Shown: in pieces, positions 1 to 11,200 of the stretch
Numbering within the stretch: position 1 is the first letter of the stretch
Layout of the letters: every line of letters starts with the position of its first letter
Virus record (IMG/VR): IMGVR_UViG_3300021960_009997
Span: 1 to 61,786 of that record
Length of the DNA stretch: 61,786 nucleotides
Strand: one strand, 5' to 3'
Source of the DNA: a virus
Lineage: Duplodnaviria; Caudoviricetes
Program-made: the position numbers and the translations under genes
Notes under the pieces: generated by a model
What the model saw: only the letters and a program-made list of their open reading frames with translations
The model's database searches: none
What the model was told of the DNA's origin: nothing

Positions 1-2
1 AG

Positions 3-10
3 TATAAATA
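3..10 (+). promoter_or_regulatory. T4-type late promoter
   Basis: Exact TATAAATA, 105 bp upstream of the DUF1552 ORF. Confidence 0.7.
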
Positions 11-114
11 GTAAACAAACTTTTAGTGGGGGCTAATGACCCTTTACGAACAGGTTAGCTTATTGTGATAATATCGCTAACTGTCAAAAGTAATTTAAAT
101 TACAGGAGACAGGT

Positions 115-1404
115 ATGCTTTTAAATCGCAGAACTATGCTAAGAGGTGCAGGTGCAACACTTGCACTGCCAATATTAGATGCTATGATTCCTTTAGCATC
201 AGCTAAAACTAACCCTCAATTCAGAGCCGCATTTGTATATGTTCCTCACGGTGTCATATTAGACGAGTGGAACTATGACGGCATTCTGAGACCATTACAA
301 CCTTACCAAGATCAAATAAGCATTTATCGTGGGATGAAGTTGAACACAAATAACCATGCGGGAAGTGGCCACGCTACGAGTTCCGCCACATGGTTATCGG
401 GAGCCGTTGCTAAAGACACAGCAGGAGCTGATGTAGAGGCAGGCAAAACTATTGACCAAATGATTGCAGATAAAATTCGTGGTGATACTGTATTGCCGAG
501 TATGCAATTAGGAATAGAAGATATATCACAGATGGTAGGTTCTTGTGATGGTACTTCAAGTTGTGCATACATTAATTCAATCAGTTGGGATACTGATACT
601 TCAAACTTACCAATGGAAATTAATCCACGCACATTGTTTGAAAGAATGTTTGGCTACGGTGCAACCCATGAAGAAAGACTAATGCGTACAAGTGTAGATA
701 GTAGTTTGCTTGATAGCATTATGAATTCATCAGCGAATTTAAGGAAGAAGTTGGGTAACCAAGACAAGGAAAGACTTGGGGACTTTTTAGAATCAGTGCG
801 AGAAGTAGAGCTAAGGATTGGTAACTTAGAGAACAAACTAAGGGCACAAGGATCTAATTTGTCTACTGCTCCTTTTGAAGTACCTGAATTGTATGAGGAT
901 CATGTAAGAGCTATGACTGATGTTATGGTTTTAGCATTGCAAACTGATACAAGTCGTGTACTTTCATTTATGTTAAGCAGAGAGCTTAACCAAAGAACAT
1001 ATCCGCAGATAGGAGTACCAGAGCAACATCATGGTGTTTCTCATCACGGATATAATCCAGAAAGACAAGCGTTACACGCTTTAATTAACACTTACCATGT
1101 CAAGTTATTCACAGAAGGTTTTGTGGACAGACTTGCAAACACACCTGACATAGACGGAAGTTTATTAGATAATACTCTGATTATGTACGGTGCTGGGATG
1201 GGAGACGGAAATGTACATAGTAAAGACCCTTTATCGAATCTACTTGTGGGTGGACGAAACCTTGGTGTGCGAGGAGGTCGAGACATCGACACAGTGCAGC
1301 CTGATGGTTCAAGCATGCCTAACGCTAACCTCCTCAGAGGAATGTTAGAGAAGTTTGATATTCACTTAGATGAGTTAGGACATTCCACTGGCGTCTTCAT
1401 TTGA
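115..1404 (+). CDS. DUF1552 (HXXSHH) family protein with Tat signal
   Basis: N-terminal RRTMLRG twin-arginine motif, HGVSHH signature, ISW...PMEINP and MGDGNVH motifs; RBS AGGAG. Confidence 0.85.
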   Translation: MLLNRRTMLRGAGATLALPILDAMIPLASAKTNPQFRAAFVYVPHGVILDEWNYDGILRPLQPYQDQISIYRGMKLNTNNHAGSGHATSSATWLSGAVAKDTAGADVEAGKTIDQMIADKIRGDTVLPSMQLGIEDISQMVGSCDGTSSCAYINSISWDTDTSNLPMEINPRTLFERMFGYGATHEERLMRTSVDSSLLDSIMNSSANLRKKLGNQDKERLGDFLESVREVELRIGNLENKLRAQGSNLSTAPFEVPELYEDHVRAMTDVMVLALQTDTSRVLSFMLSRELNQRTYPQIGVPEQHHGVSHHGYNPERQALHALINTYHVKLFTEGFVDRLANTPDIDGSLLDNTLIMYGAGMGDGNVHSKDPLSNLLVGGRNLGVRGGRDIDTVQPDGSSMPNANLLRGMLEKFDIHLDELGHSTGVFI

Positions 1405-2031
1405 TATATCTTCTATCATGTTACGCCATATTTCAAGATGAGGGACAACAAACCCTAAAGTGATTCGAGGCTCATGGGACCCGGCACAGTGATAATACAC
1501 TTTGTCGGGTTCTCTACCTCTGCCGTAGTAACCTACTTTACAAGTCCAGCCTGATTTGTCAGGCATATTAACTATTTCTTTGGTGAGAGGATCCATGTAT
1601 CTAAAGAAACCATTGCCTGTAGGTGAATACGACAATAGTATATTATAACCAGAAGCATTCCAATTATTGTGCCAGCCCATGTATCCTCCCTCAGGATAGA
1701 ATACATTAACTGCTTGATTACGTGCGCCTAAATAAGCACAAAGATCGTCTGCCAATTTATTTCTTTTTTGTTTATGTTCTAAGGGAGCATTTTCAGAAGT
1801 ATTAATATCTACTGATAAAGTTCTTTCAGGATAACCAATGTGTTGTCCGTCTTTGTCTACTATTTCTTTTAAATAGTCTTCACCACACGCTTCTTCTAAC
1901 AACATACCCTGATGACGATCTTTACTGTTGGCAATTTCTGTCAGCTTAGTCAGATCAGATTGAAAAAACCAATCGCTATAATCAGTGAGCATTTTTAATA
2001 TTTCTTCGTTATTAATAGTTATCCACTTCAT
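1375..2031 (-). CDS. Putative cupin/2OG-Fe(II) oxygenase-like protein
   Basis: YPEGGYMGWHNN ... YHCAG ... RITLGF resembles the double-stranded beta-helix oxygenase pattern (HxN instead of HxD). Confidence 0.5.
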   Translation of the reverse strand: MKWITINNEEILKMLTDYSDWFFQSDLTKLTEIANSKDRHQGMLLEEACGEDYLKEIVDKDGQHIGYPERTLSVDINTSENAPLEHKQKRNKLADDLCAYLGARNQAVNVFYPEGGYMGWHNNWNASGYNILLSYSPTGNGFFRYMDPLTKEIVNMPDKSGWTCKVGYYGRGREPDKVYYHCAGSHEPRITLGFVVPHLEIWRNMIEDISNEDASGMS

Positions 2032-2738
2032 TCTGCTAATTGATCCTTGGGTATAGTGTGATGATATAAAACTATTTCCTGTCCTTGTAATTCTTCATAA
2101 TGATAGCCATTGATAAAGTTCCAACGAGCATCAGGTTCTTCTACATACCCCCATTTAACTTTATGACCTCCGTACGTAAGGAGTTTCCACATTGTAAAAG
2201 TATCCCATTGTATAGCAGAAGGGGGATAGTGGGCAATATCATAATCAGATTTTCTTTGCGCTAAATATTCTGTCCACCAAGCTCCCATTAGAGACATAAC
2301 TGCAGGAGTCTTACGATAAACAAAGAAACCACAGTGACAAGTCATTTCTTCTGTAGCAGACAGTTTAGTGAGTTTTGCGTTGTAGGGCCTGTTCTTGGTA
2401 AATACAATATCTTTATTTTTTGGAAGAATGTCAAAAATGTTTTTAATATCTTCATGCTCACACATCATATCAGCATCAAGATAGCAAGTAATATCGTATG
2501 GAGTTTTATTAAGTGCCCAGAGTTTAGCACGAATGTGATCTGGAATTCCTTCACTTATAACATTATTAAATAATATATGGTCTTCAGGTTGTACCCATTC
2601 TTTGTGAGTGAATAAAGTAATATCAGCTTCAGGCCAAAAGTCTCTTATAGATTCAGCAAGTAATTTTCCGTGTCTATAGAATCCTTTTTGTTTTGATGCT
2701 ACTATTATGAATCCTTTAGTTTGTTTCTTTTTCGGCAT
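2028..2738 (-). CDS. GT-A fold glycosyltransferase-like protein
   Basis: KLWAL..TPYD.TCYLDAD (DxD) and a late HH motif; start moved to ATG at 2738 after an AAGGA RBS. Confidence 0.65.
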   Translation of the reverse strand: MPKKKQTKGFIIVASKQKGFYRHGKLLAESIRDFWPEADITLFTHKEWVQPEDHILFNNVISEGIPDHIRAKLWALNKTPYDITCYLDADMMCEHEDIKNIFDILPKNKDIVFTKNRPYNAKLTKLSATEEMTCHCGFFVYRKTPAVMSLMGAWWTEYLAQRKSDYDIAHYPPSAIQWDTFTMWKLLTYGGHKVKWGYVEEPDARWNFINGYHYEELQGQEIVLYHHTIPKDQLAE

Positions 2739-3210
2739 TATCAATTTCCTTCATTAACAAAATTGTAGCATAAGCCTGGACTTCCATTATACTTTTAGAC
2801 TTTCTAATCATTCTTTTTAATTCATTATTTTTAGAATTTTTAATAGAATCAACTTCAAATGCTTGCAATTTTGCGTTAAAGAGAGCCTCTTGTTTTGCCC
2901 TTGCTCTTTGAGATTCACGCCTTTCAGCAGTCTTTTTAATATTGTCATTTCTTCTTTCTAAGGCTTTATTAGTATTGTCGTCAATTTGCTCTTCGGTATA
3001 TTCTTTTAATACCGATTTCATATCAGGGTTATCCCCATCTTTATCGTGTATGGAAGCAATACTTTCTTTACCATTTGGTTGTACGATGGTAACGATTAGA
3101 TGACGATTCTCCTTATTGGACCAATAAGGATTCTTATACTGCCTTATAATAGGGGGGTGTTCAACCTCTGTTACAGAGGTGTCAACAGGTACAGAAAGTT
3201 CTGCGGTCAT
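2716..3210 (-). CDS. Hypothetical phage protein
   Basis: 164-aa ORF with GGAG RBS, overlapping the next gene. Confidence 0.7.
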   Translation of the reverse strand: MTAELSVPVDTSVTEVEHPPIIRQYKNPYWSNKENRHLIVTIVQPNGKESIASIHDKDGDNPDMKSVLKEYTEEQIDDNTNKALERRNDNIKKTAERRESQRARAKQEALFNAKLQAFEVDSIKNSKNNELKRMIRKSKSIMEVQAYATILLMKEIDNAEKETN

Positions 3211-3236
3211 AATGTAACTCCATAATTAAAAACTAT

Positions 3237-3265
3237 ATTATATAACTATATAGTCCGTTTGTCAA
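3237..3265 (-). promoter_or_regulatory. Sigma70-type promoter
   Basis: TTGACA (3265-3260), 17 bp spacer, TATAAT (3242-3237): perfect consensus. Confidence 0.75.
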
Positions 3266-4539
3266 GCAGTTCTCAACCAAAGTTTAATGGTACTTACGTT
3301 TTCTGTGGTTCCCACAATACTGTCGCCTGCATAAGTGCCAGTAAAGTCAGAGGAGAAATACCCAGTAAATGAGCCAGTATATGTGCCGGAGTAGTTTGAA
3401 GTACCTACATAATCACCACTAAATGCCTGGTCAAATGAGCCAGTATATACACCGGTGTATGTTTTAGGACCACTAAAGAATCCTGTAAAGTCTTGTGAGT
3501 AAGTGCCGGTATAATAAGCACCTATAAATCCAGAGTAATACAGAATATACGCACCACTAAAGTCACCGGTGTATGCGCCTGAATAAGCAGAAGTACCTAC
3601 ATAATCTCCTGCATAGTCACCACTGAATGTACCGGTGTAAGCACCTGTATATGTTTTAGCACCTGAGTATTCACCGGTAAAGTTATCACTAAACTCTCCG
3701 GCAAAGGCGCCTGTGTACGCACCATCATAGTTCAGAGATTGGACCTGTTGTCTTGTATCAGTGAATCCAGCAACATCACCCATTTGTGTCCAAGTACCCG
3801 TTTCACTCGGAGTAGAGGTCTGTACAAGGTAGCACCCTACACCAGGAGTTGTTCCATATCCTTCAACAATTCTGTTTCTAAAGTTAGGAACCATTTGCTC
3901 GACTTCAGCAGAGGTCATCATTTTGAAACCGTCGCTGTATTTTAGTGAAGCAAGATCACTGTTAGCTGAAGAAGTAGGTGCTGTTTTCTGCCATAAATAT
4001 ATGACGTTGTTACCGCTTTGAGCGGTATTTGTAATTGTATAACGAGAAGTCCAGGTACCGCCTGCTGGGGATACTGTAGACATATGAAATTGGCCAACAG
4101 TATAATTAGATTCGGAAACCATGTCACTAATTACTTTATCTAAAATGTCAGTATCTAATTCACCATCAGTAAATTCATTGACACCGACATTACCTGTTCC
4201 TTCCCAGCCAAGAGGACGATTAGTAATACTTTCTGAAGCGGCTGAAGTTACTTGCTTGAAGTAGTATGTAGTAGAAGATGTTGCGCCGTCTGTGGGGTGA
4301 GTCCCTATAGAATCATCTCTGATAGTATCAACAAAAGTACCAATAGCAGAACCACTAAGAGCATTAGCAGTATCCATGTTCAGGTCACCGGTAATTGTAC
4401 CATCCCAGTCATTTGCATATTTGTTAGTAATAACATAAGAGAGATACTGCTGTATCTCAGCATCGGTCATTTCCTGCAAACCTTCAAAGTTAGCAGAAGT
4501 TATTGGACTACCGGAAGATTTAATTCGTAATGGGCGCAT
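3262..4539 (-). CDS. Putative virion/tail protein with [YF]-x-G-x repeats
   Basis: Ser/Thr/Gly-rich; ~135 aa of 4-residue aromatic-Gly repeats; last gene of the tail block. Confidence 0.6.
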   Translation of the reverse strand: MRPLRIKSSGSPITSANFEGLQEMTDAEIQQYLSYVITNKYANDWDGTITGDLNMDTANALSGSAIGTFVDTIRDDSIGTHPTDGATSSTTYYFKQVTSAASESITNRPLGWEGTGNVGVNEFTDGELDTDILDKVISDMVSESNYTVGQFHMSTVSPAGGTWTSRYTITNTAQSGNNVIYLWQKTAPTSSANSDLASLKYSDGFKMMTSAEVEQMVPNFRNRIVEGYGTTPGVGCYLVQTSTPSETGTWTQMGDVAGFTDTRQQVQSLNYDGAYTGAFAGEFSDNFTGEYSGAKTYTGAYTGTFSGDYAGDYVGTSAYSGAYTGDFSGAYILYYSGFIGAYYTGTYSQDFTGFFSGPKTYTGVYTGSFDQAFSGDYVGTSNYSGTYTGSFTGYFSSDFTGTYAGDSIVGTTENVSTIKLWLRTA

Positions 4540-4550
4540 TTATTTTTTCC

Positions 4551-5033
4551 TTAATTTAGTCTTGTCCCGGAGGAGTCATATATAACACTTTCTACCATCG
4601 TATTCCAATTAGTGGTAGAGGTTCCTACCAGTTCAACAGTTGTTCCTGCTGGAACAGAGATTGCCGCATTAGCTGAACCGCTATTAATACTTGCTGATGT
4701 AGCAGGATACAATTTTATACTAACTGAAGTAGCATTGATAACTACATATAATTTTCCGGCGGCCGCCGTTGGAAGTATAACTCCCTGATTGGCAGTTGCT
4801 GTACTAACTACACTATAGGTTTTGTCTAAAGTTGTGGCGTCTCCTTGCACCGTACCTGCAGCAGATACAGTGGCGCCGATTGAAGCGGTGTGGTCTCCGG
4901 ATGAAACAATGTTCCCTACAGATATGTTACTACCACTTTCGTACTTATCAGTATCAAGGTTGGTAAAGTTAGAGTCAACCTCGGAGTTTGTTAACGGACT
5001 GCCTTTACCAGATCGAGTAATTATTGTTGACAT
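4551..5033 (-). CDS. Putative tail-fibre-associated structural protein
   Basis: N-terminal TRSGKGSPLT..EVDSNFTNL motif typical of fibre anchor segments; TATAAATA upstream at 5118-5111. Confidence 0.55.
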   Translation of the reverse strand: MSTIITRSGKGSPLTNSEVDSNFTNLDTDKYESGSNISVGNIVSSGDHTASIGATVSAAGTVQGDATTLDKTYSVVSTATANQGVILPTAAAGKLYVVINATSVSIKLYPATSASINSGSANAAISVPAGTTVELVGTSTTNWNTMVESVIYDSSGTRLN

Positions 5034-5048
5034 TTACTTTTCCTGTCC

Positions 5049-5276
5049 TTATATTTTGTTAAGAATTTGTTTGAACATATCCTTAATTTCTTTAAGCTCA
5101 TTCTTTAATGTATTTATATCATCTTGTACTTCAACAATCTGATTTTTTTGCTCATTCTGAATATTTTTTTTCATTTTATATTCCTGTAAGGATTTGTAGT
5201 CTCTATTTAATAAAGCCTGATTTTTACCATCTCTTATAAGAGCTGGAGAATCCTTTACTAATTCATATCTACTCAT
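5049..5276 (-). CDS. Small coiled-coil hypothetical protein
   Basis: 75 aa with C-terminal heptads, directly after the DUF4815 gene. Confidence 0.65.
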   Translation of the reverse strand: MSRYELVKDSPALIRDGKNQALLNRDYKSLQEYKMKKNIQNEQKNQIVEVQDDINTLKNELKEIKDMFKQILNKI

Positions 5277-5279
5277 GGT

Positions 5280-8200
5280 TTATACCTGGAGAGCATATGC
5301 TCTCAAGTTCGATGAAAAAGGAATCTTAGCAGTATCTGTGCTCAAGTGTACAATCTTAATTGTATAATTTTTAAATCCAGTATACGTTTGAGTTGTAGTG
5401 ACCGGAGTACCTGCTGTAGCAGCAGAACCGCCGCCGCCTGAAAGTGTAACAGTAATTGTCCCACCATCATATCCTCTTCCAGGATTGGTTACTGTGATTG
5501 CTGTAACCGCACCGGCTGATATAGTTGCTGTTGCCTTTGCACCGTAACCTTCACCACTGTGAGTAATGTTTACAATGGGTGCTGAAGTATACCCGCTACC
5601 TCCTGTTGAAACTGGAATTGAAGTTAAACCAGTAACATCATATTCTATCACACCTGTACTTGAATCCAGTCCAAATGAGTTAGAACCTTTAGCAGGTACT
5701 TTATATGTATACTCCGCCCAACCAGTAGTTGATGTATTGAAAGGTGCCTGTTCAATTTCCATTTCACGCCAGAAAATATCAGTATCAAAGTCTGATTGTT
5801 CATCATCACCGTTGCGTATCTTATAATAAACTTTGACCGAACCTTCTGCAGGAATCTTATTGTCTAATATGACTTTAAGATCTTCAGCATCCTGGCCGTC
5901 TAAAAGTTCTACGCGTCTTGAAATGTAACGTGTTCTTGCACTACCGCCGCTTCTAACAGCCTCGCCGGACGCATCATTATTAACTTCATTCTTGTAAATG
6001 CCCATTATCAATGCTTCACCATTTATCATTGGGCTTAGATTCTCTCTTGTTGTATTTACTGTTATTTCATAATATGCTGTTGGTTTCTGAAGGCCTCGAA
6101 CAGTCTGATTAATTGCGCTACCGTAAGTTGCTACTTCATTTGAAAAACTCAGAATAGTCTTTTCGGTATCAAGATCAATAGTCTTAGCAGGATACAAGTC
6201 TGTTAAAGTAGTATTAACAGTTGCCGCACCTGTATTAGTTAGCGCAATTTTTGGAGTAACTATACCTTTGTTTCCATGATTTGCATATGGTAGTTTCATT
6301 GCATATGAGTTCACTACTCTGTTGTATATGTTTGCAGTAGTAGCAGTCTTGGTGCCGTTTCCTACAAGAGTTCTTGTTAAATCAGATGCACTGTTTGAGC
6401 TGTAGAACCTACCTTTCATTACTTTAATAGTAGAAGTATTATCGTAGGTATCGTTATGATACAATATTCTACCAAGATTAAGTTGTGCTGTAATTTCACC
6501 GTTAGTTGTGGGTGAACCGCCAGTAATTGTTACTACAAGATTCGACAATCCTGTATATCCAGATCCTACGTTAGGTAATGTCAATGCTGTAATTACACCC
6601 AATGACATTGTAGGTGTTACTGTTATAGGAGTACCCTGTCCAGTAGAGTCTGTTAGTGTAACTGTAGGCGTTCCAGCATAAACACCGCCGTTAACAATGT
6701 TGAAACTAAATCCATATACACGATCGCCGATAGCAAATTTGGTGCTTGAATCACTAAAATTATTGAAGTTAATCCAATCGTGCCTTGCATTAGCAAGTTT
6801 TATCTTATAATCAACATTAGGAGTAAAAGTATAACGCTTAATTCTAAACATCATATCTTCTTTTTGTCTTGGTGTCCATGTTCTGTTATTTGCAGAAGTA
6901 AACAATATACCGCTATGAGCCTGTTTAGAAACTACACTGGTTGATCCGTGTATAGGCTTACCGAGTTCTGCAATCCAAACAGTGTAGTTAGGATCGTCTC
7001 TTTCAGGAATAGGAACAATACAATATTCCTTATCCACTTCACACCATACAGGAGTCGGAAAATCAAACACTGTGCCTTTAGGACTGAATGTACCGTCGCC
7101 ATCAGCAGTAGAAGTGTTACAGTTGTGTCGATCTTTGCGACACTGTCCTAATACAGTAGGTCCTGGGAATCCATTAATCATTTCTCTTATTTCAAGAACA
7201 ATGCCGTTATTATCGGCTTCAGTTGAAATTGTATGGAAGAATATATCAACCGAAGAAATATAAATTCCTTCAGGTACCCCAGTTACTTTAAAGCTCTGAG
7301 CCATTGGGTCCCAACCACCACAATTCCAATCGTAAAATCCTTGTTGTGCTTTGTACCCAAGCTGGGCCATTTCATATTCCCAATACATATCCGCTGCGTT
7401 AAAATCTAATTCAACATTATCGACTACATTGTTTACAGTAGTTGTTACTGCACCACCTGATTTAAGAGTTGCTCCGCTATTAAAATTAGCATTATTAGTA
7501 TTGGAGCCATCAAGGCCTGTTTCCCAAGCAAGATCAGTAGATTCCCAAGTAGCAAATCCTTCAGTGTCAACGTCAATAAGCCCACTGCCAGTGTAAGTAG
7601 TCAGGATAGAAGATTGTAAAGCTTGCTGTGTGTTTGTAACATTACCTGACACGGTTGATCCATCGGCAAGTTGTTGTACAGTAACAACACTTCCATAGGT
7701 GCCACTTGCGTCTACATAAGCCTCACCGTATTTAATGTTTGGCATTCCTTCTACAATATACGGAGCCCCAACACTTTCGTAGTATGTCTCCCAACCAGGT
7801 TCTACAAGTTTAGATTCTGTAGAAGATTTCACTTCTTTGTTAGCCGGTACTGGAGGAGTAATAACTGAATATTCTTTACGTTTTTGTACCGTTGTTCCGC
7901 CGCCCGAGTAGAAAGTAGCTGTAGCAATAGAAGTTGACGCTGATAAATTATTACCAACAGTAGCAGAACACATAATGTCTATGACCCCTGCTTCAAACTC
8001 CCCCTGTCCAATTGAAATTGTTCCGGAAGCTCGGCCATTATGGTCAGTTGTTACAGACCCCTTAGAGCGGCCGCCCATGTATATATCATGTACTTGATTC
8101 TTACATAGACCACTAACGCTAAAGTCAATGCTTTGTGCTCTGGTGTAAGGAATATAAGATTCGTCTACAATAGATTCACCCACATACTCTGTGATAGTAT

Positions 8201-11200
8201 CTGGCAATGCCCCTGTATAAGTTTCAGTAAAGGTATCATACCCTGATTCCATACGATTTTTAGTTACCAGCTGTCTATCTTGAAACTCAGTGAAAGTTCT
8301 ATATATTTCACCAAACTGTTGGTATCGGTTTCCAGAACCGTCATAGGTTCCTAAAGTGTTTGATTCAGTGTGTGAGTATTCTTCCCAAGATCTTACCTCA
8401 TTAGTAGTAATATCGCCGAGTAAAGTTTCATAATATGTGTCTACTACAGTCCAGCCCTTCCACTGCCTATCCCATGCGTCCGCATATTCAAAGTTGTCAT
8501 ATGATCCTGTTATATTATTATAAACAGGTGAAACATATTCATAATCCGACCATGAATCTTCTGCTGGAGCTATAGCCATCATTCCAAATATAGTTGAGCC
8601 GCCGCATGGAGGTGGGGGTATTTCTTGTATACAAGTATTTGTAGCTGGATCATAATAATATCCAGCTCCGCAATTAATTACTTCTTCAGCCCTGTTAGAA
8701 TTATACAGTGTCACTACTGCACTCTGGCCAGGTACATTAGAAAGACTATCTGTTCCGAGTGTAAATGTCATAGCCACGGAAGCATCAGCATCAGTAATCC
8801 CGGTATCATCTGCTAAAGTAAAACTAACTGATGCCCCGCCGCCACTACCTATAGTAGCCGTACCGGACAAACTTCCTGATGTAAAATCTCCAGCAACCAA
8901 AGTATAACCAGAATCTCCTGCGAGAGTCCACGGAACAGTTGTTCCTGCAGGGACATTAGTTGCTTGAATATTGATACTAAACGAATCTCCTTCGTCAACC
9001 GCGTTCTGGGAACGAGTTAATCTATAAGTTACTACCGTCTCTCTGGGCACGGGGTCTATAACCACAGTTTCGTCTTCGTCAGGAGTACCAACAGCTTCAG
9101 TAGTATCGTATAATAGTTCCGTTACTATTGCTTCATACTTAGAGGCTAAAAGCTGTTCAGCATAAACTACTTCAGCAGCAGGAACATGGAAGTATTTTCC
9201 GGTCTGACCGGCTTCATCACTTGTCTCAGTGAACGCCGGGACAAGCTGAATGCTATCTTGAGTAAATTTAGATCTAACATACGCAGCGTCTTTGTCTAAA
9301 GAAGCATTATAATCAGGATTCATTACCGCTGAAACTGCAAATGAATTAAAAGGATCTACTAAAAGACCATTTTTAAATCTATCAACACCATTAGCGTTTA
9401 AGAATTTCTCGTTCTGCGCCTGTGATTCTAAAATAGAAAGCGAAGTATAGTATTCAAGATTTTTAATTCTTTGTTCCAAGGTACCTATTTTACGCATGGT
9501 ATATCTTGGATTTTCTATCTGTTTTACCTTAGTAGCAAGATCCTGTCTGCCATAATATTTTCCTGAGTCTGGGGACAATGAAGGAAAAGGCTTCAAAGAG
9601 AAAGTCGCCAAGGTCATATCTTTAGTGTTTTCTATAGCAGGAGGTACTACTTTCAAGGACTGTGGGCCTGGAATTACTTTAAAGTCTCCATTGCCTGAAC
9701 CAAGAACCACTCTAAATGCCTGAGCAAAGTATGATTCAATATCAGTTGTAAATTCTTGCACCGGTACAGGGTTGGTTAACCCTCCTGTTGGAGCTGCAAT
9801 AGTTAAGACTGAGCTTGGATTTGACGGAGCTGATGCTAATACAGAATTAGGTGTTGCCGTAGTAGCTGCATATGGTCTAAAATCGACCACGTTTCTCAGA
9901 TCTATTATCACACCAGTGCTACGTGTAAACAAAGGAATTTCTTGTAGCTTCATATCCCCAGCTGCAATAGTAGCAGCGTATGAGTCTACACACGCAAAAG
10001 TTGGACCCGCCGCAGCTGAGTTTGTAAAGTAATCAAATTTAACTAAAACATAAGGGGTTGCACTAAAGTCTACAGTGGAGGTAGATTTTTTAACAATATT
10101 TGACAACCCATAATAATTATCTTTTTGACCGTTATCCAAAGTAAACTGAGATGTAACTGCTGTACCCTCACTCCCTGTTGTAAAGGCCGAAGAGTGTACT
10201 CTTACTTCTTTTATTTTTAACACATCTGGAACACCGAGACAGAAGGTATCTTCTGAAGTCGCATATCCCGATGTACCGTCTATCGTAAGTTTTACATAAT
10301 GATCTTTTTGTAGTGTTTTTGTTATCGGACTTATGTTTCCGGAAACCTGTACATTGACATATGCTTTGGCTCTACGGTTTGGATAAGTAGAGGTATTTAT
10401 TGTGTCATCTAAATCAAATTCTACAGAATTTGATGCACCGGTAACAGTTCTTGTTCCGGAAGTCATGTCCAAAACTTCTCCGGCGGTTATAGTAGTTCCG
10501 CCTACTGTTTGAAAACTATCTTTTGCTACAACAATAATGTTTGCATTTATTATAGTATCAGATAAGCTACCGGTGCCATGTGGAAAAGAAATCGGAGTGG
10601 ACACTGTAGCAGTAGCAGTAGCAGTAGCATCAAAGTCTATATCAAACTCTTTTGTATATTTGAAGCTATAATCGAATGTTCCGCTCGGTGCAAGTGTTTT
10701 AATGTAAGTAGTGGGCAATGGGAATATAAGACGATTATAATCTTTTTCCTTTAACACAGCACTTTCAGGGGTACTGTCAAAATTTAAATCTTCTAAAACA
10801 ATATCAGCATGAGCATCTGCAATAGAATCATTATAATATATTCCTCGCACATCTTTAAACTGAGCATTGCCACTCATTTTTACATCATACAAATAAATTC
10901 TATATTGACCAGCGGCCGCACCGGGAGTTCCGGATGAATGTACAAGATGTCTTACTTTAGCAGTACCTATAGAAGTACCAGGAGCAGAAGTTCCAGAGAA
11001 AGTTCCTGCAGTAACAGCGGCCGCCGCCGCCGATCTTAATTCTACTGTTGCACCACCATCAACATCAAAATTACCACATAATTCATCAATAACAACATAA
11101 TTACCGTATGAAGTAGTAACAGATAATCCTTCATCAACATAAGAACTTGTTGGTTTGTTTACTGTTATCAGTTTAGGTGCATCAAGTGATTTAGTATACC

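Noticed and set aside
3262-4539. Duplicated blocks as a diversity-generating retroelement template/variable pair
   Set aside because: No reverse transcriptase in the window, and the differences are not confined to adenines.
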